Shown: one piece after another, positions 61,151 through 64,000 of the stretch
Position numbering within the stretch: the first letter of the stretch is position 1
How the letters are laid out: each line of letters starts with the position of its first letter
From: Felis catus
Lineage: Eukaryota
Assembly: GCF_018350175.1 (NCBI RefSeq)
Contig: NC_058370.1
Location: 124,124,001 to 124,188,000, forward strand
Direction: 5' to 3'
Length of the DNA: 64,000 nt
Notes under the pieces: model-generated
Told to the model about the DNA's origin: nothing
Databases searched by the model: none
What the model saw: only the letters and a program-made list of their open reading frames with translations
Translations under genes and position numbers: made by a program

Positions 61151-61289
61151 TTGGGAATAACTTTGTTGCTTAAATGACTTCCTGAAAACATATTTATCCA
61201 AACAATAGATCACTCAACTATCTCCTTCACAGGACAACAGATCTCTCAACTGGGCACATCTCCTTGTTTATCAAATGACTTTACTCATC

Positions 61290-61900
61290 AGAATCATGGG
61301 ATACAAGCAAAGTAAAGCTCAGGGGAAAATTCATAGCTAAAAAAATTTATATTTACAAATAAGACTCAAGTTAGGAAAAAGAATGCCAAGGAAAGCAGAA
61401 GGGAAAAATCATAAATAACGCATATGCAATAATGAATTTAAAAGGAGAAACATATAAATCCAAGAAATGTTTTTTCCAAAAATCTTAAACCTACATTAAC
61501 ATAAATCTTTAGGTCATCTGATCAAGTGAGGAAATGGGCAATACCATGAAAGCACAAAATTTGGAAATGATAAGGGAATAACCACAAATAGAGGAAACTG
61601 CAAGATTCATAAGCGAATATTTTGCTCAACTCTTAGTAAATTAACTTGAGAAACTGAATTAAAAGGGTGGTTTTAGGAAAATATAAATTGCTGTTAGTTC
61701 CAATACTACTCAAATTATTCCAGAGCATAGGGAAAAAAAAAAAAAGGAAAGAAAATGTCTAAATACTTCTTATGAAGCTAGTGTAATTCTGGAAACAAAA
61801 ACCCTAAAAGAAAGCCACATATTAATCCCACTTATGAATATCAATATAAAATCCTACATAAAATATTAACCAATAGAATATAGTAGTGTATTAACATAAC
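61290..61900 (+). mobile_element. Degenerate L1M ORF2 fragments
   Basis: 'aaattattccagagcatag...ttcttatgaagctagtgtaattctgg...cccacttatgaatatcaatataaaatcctacataaaatatt' is an RT-region-like sequence. Confidence 0.7.
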
Positions 61901-62824
61901 ATTTTATGATTGTTTATGTTTTTGAGAATACTCCCAAAATAGTGCCCTCCATTTTCATCAGGGTTCTAAAAAAAAAAAATCTAAAGACTAGGAATAGAAC
62001 ACATGGAGACCAAAACATCATCTGGATTTCCAATAAAGGCTATATTAGGGTCCACAGGTGACATGTTAGTCCAAAGGGGCTGCACAGTGAACCCCAGAAT
62101 TAGACTTACTCAAATAGCATTCAGTTAGGGTGGAGACTTGCCCAGGTTATATCATGGAGAAGCAAAGACCTCCTACATGCTGTGGGAAGCTAGCTCGGAG
62201 AAGAAAACAAAAATGAGCTAAGCATGCCCGGTTTATTCTTCCAAAACTTATATATGATGCAAGTCACTCCACTTTCCTGGGGCAGAGATAAGAAGGGATT
62301 GAGAGAGGCCAGGAATATTACATTCATTTAGATCCTTCACCTTGGAGAGAAACATTGGAAGTGGAGAATACATTTTAGCTTTTTGAAAAAAAAAAAAAAT
62401 TCATTTGGTTTGACCATGAGTCTATGGTCTACATCCCTCAAGAAAGAGACCCATAAGGAGAGTCCTGCTCTTACCCTCAGGAGGCTATTCCACCTAGAAT
62501 TGGGTGATCTGGGGCTTCGATGGACAAGATAGATTTCTCCCCCAGAAGGCTATGAACTGGCCCAGAAGAGTAGATTATATGATAAATCCAAAGCCATGCT
62601 ATCCTCAAGGCTGAAATTTTATTCTCCATTCTTTTTTCTATCTTAATTTTTGTTCCTGCTGTGCTAAAACAGAGGTTGTGCAATCAGTTTAAATGACAAT
62701 CTTAAGGTACTCCAATGGTAAAACACAAATCCTTTTGTTGTCTTAGAAGCCCCCAACTGGAACCTTGAGGATGCAGTCAGCTAAATCCATTTTAGAGAAA
62801 TTCAAGAAATTGAATAAGAACTGG

Positions 62825-63060
62825 GTAATAAAAAGATATTACTGAGTTATTGTTAATTTTATGAGGGATGATAACAGTGCTGCTGTTTCTGTTATTAAAA
62901 GTCCTTATCTGTTAGAGACTCACACTAAAATATTTAAGGTTAAAGTAGTATCATTTTAAGAATTTTCTTTTAAATGTTTCAGCAAAAAAAGCAAACAGAC
63001 AAAAGACAGTCAAGTGAACATACTGTAGATGTAGTAAGTGCTAGACTGTTAGAGATGTTC
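62825..63060 (+). mobile_element. Ancient L1ME 3' fragment
   Basis: 'ttattgttaattttatgagggatgataac...aagtccttatctgttagagactcacactaaaatattta'. Confidence 0.6.
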
Positions 63061-63369
63061 AAGGTATCTCAAAATCCCAGGAGCCTAATTCTGCTGCCTA
63101 GGAAAATTAGGGCAGTGTTACTTGAGTATTGGAAAATGCATACAGACTTTTCTGGTCTATTTGGGGGTAGGGTTACCAAGGAAGGCAACTGCATTCTAAA
63201 CACAGGACATAGGATATGTAAGGGCACACAGGTTTGGATGTTGAAATACACATGGAAGAGCTCAGGGCAATTCATTAGTAAAAAATGTGCACAACCCTAG
63301 TGAAAACATATAAGGTAAAAAGTGTTATTTGTTTTGATTGTGCAGAGTTATGACTAGAATCAACCTTTT

Positions 63370-63660
63370 TCCACTGGATCATGCCATTTCAGACCAGTTA
63401 ATTTTGTTAAATTATCTCCTCATCTAGAATGCCATTTTCTTTTTCCTTTATGAAAATACCAGCTATCTTTCAAGACAGGACTCAAGAATTCCCTTCAGTC
63501 AAAAGCTCTCCTTACCCAACATATAGTTAACTGAATTCCTCCTCTTCTGACTTAAGAGCATGCTATTCACTGTGGCACTGGATGATGAGCTCGTCTACAA
63601 TATCAGGACAGTTTTATGTGGGATAATCTCATCTCCTGGGCTAGAAAAAGTTAACTCAAA
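63370..63660 (+). mobile_element. L2 3' region
   Basis: 'ctagaatgccattttc...gctatctttcaagacaggactcaag...tcccttcagtcaaaagctctcc'. Confidence 0.55.
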
Positions 63661-64000
63661 CCAAGTCTAGAACAATACTTAAGATCTTATAGGACTTATC
63701 TGTGGGGCATTTCCCCAGACACAGGGAGAGGGCCAGATGTGAGCAGTCAAAAGTTCACACATCTACTCAACTCCCACAGATGCTCTTTGGGGTTGATATT
63801 TCAGTTTTACTACTCAGGGGCAAGAATCACCCCCAAAATGAAAATGAATGTGGTTCTATGACCTCCTTAAATGTTACAAAAATGGGTAATGCCAGAACTA
63901 AAAGCTGAGATCCTTTAGTAATATTGGAATGTTAACATTTCTTTTAAAAATTTTTGTTTAACTTTGTTAATTTCAGTTAAGAATTCTAAAGAAGGGGCGC

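Noticed and set aside
1-64000. Prokaryotic-type systems (operons, CRISPR arrays, IS elements, rRNA/tRNA genes)
   Set aside because: Sequence is mammalian repeat-rich DNA. No regularly spaced repeat-spacer array or long ORF cluster; tRNA-like segments are SINE heads.
63994-64000. Start of another + SINE (ggggcgc)
   Set aside because: Only 7 nt before the window edge; likely but not supportable.

Overview
Mammalian (carnivore, almost certainly felid) non-coding genomic DNA. It is not prokaryotic: no operons, CRISPR arrays, rRNA or true tRNA genes. The window is dominated by interspersed repeats: 20 tRNA-derived Can-SINEs (17 on +, 3 on -, most with readable target-site duplications), young and old LINE-1 fragments, MaLR/ERVL LTRs (MLT1, MLT2), hAT MERs, L2, MIR and microsatellites. 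I could not recognise any protein-coding gene. The ORF track is explained by L1 ORF2 remnants, SINE read-through or chance. A few weak minus-strand exon candidates exist (best: 56300-56374). The best-supported observations are: a 35-nt 3'-truncated U2 snRNA retrocopy with a TSD whose stem has become a perfect inverted repeat; a twin-primed 5'-inverted L1; several nested or same-site insertion stacks; a strong SINE orientation bias; and N-runs that are base-for-base masks, indicating a reference-guided assembly. I see no evidence of a new biological system. Repeat family names come from my memory of consensus sequences, not a database search, and boundaries of old elements are approximate.
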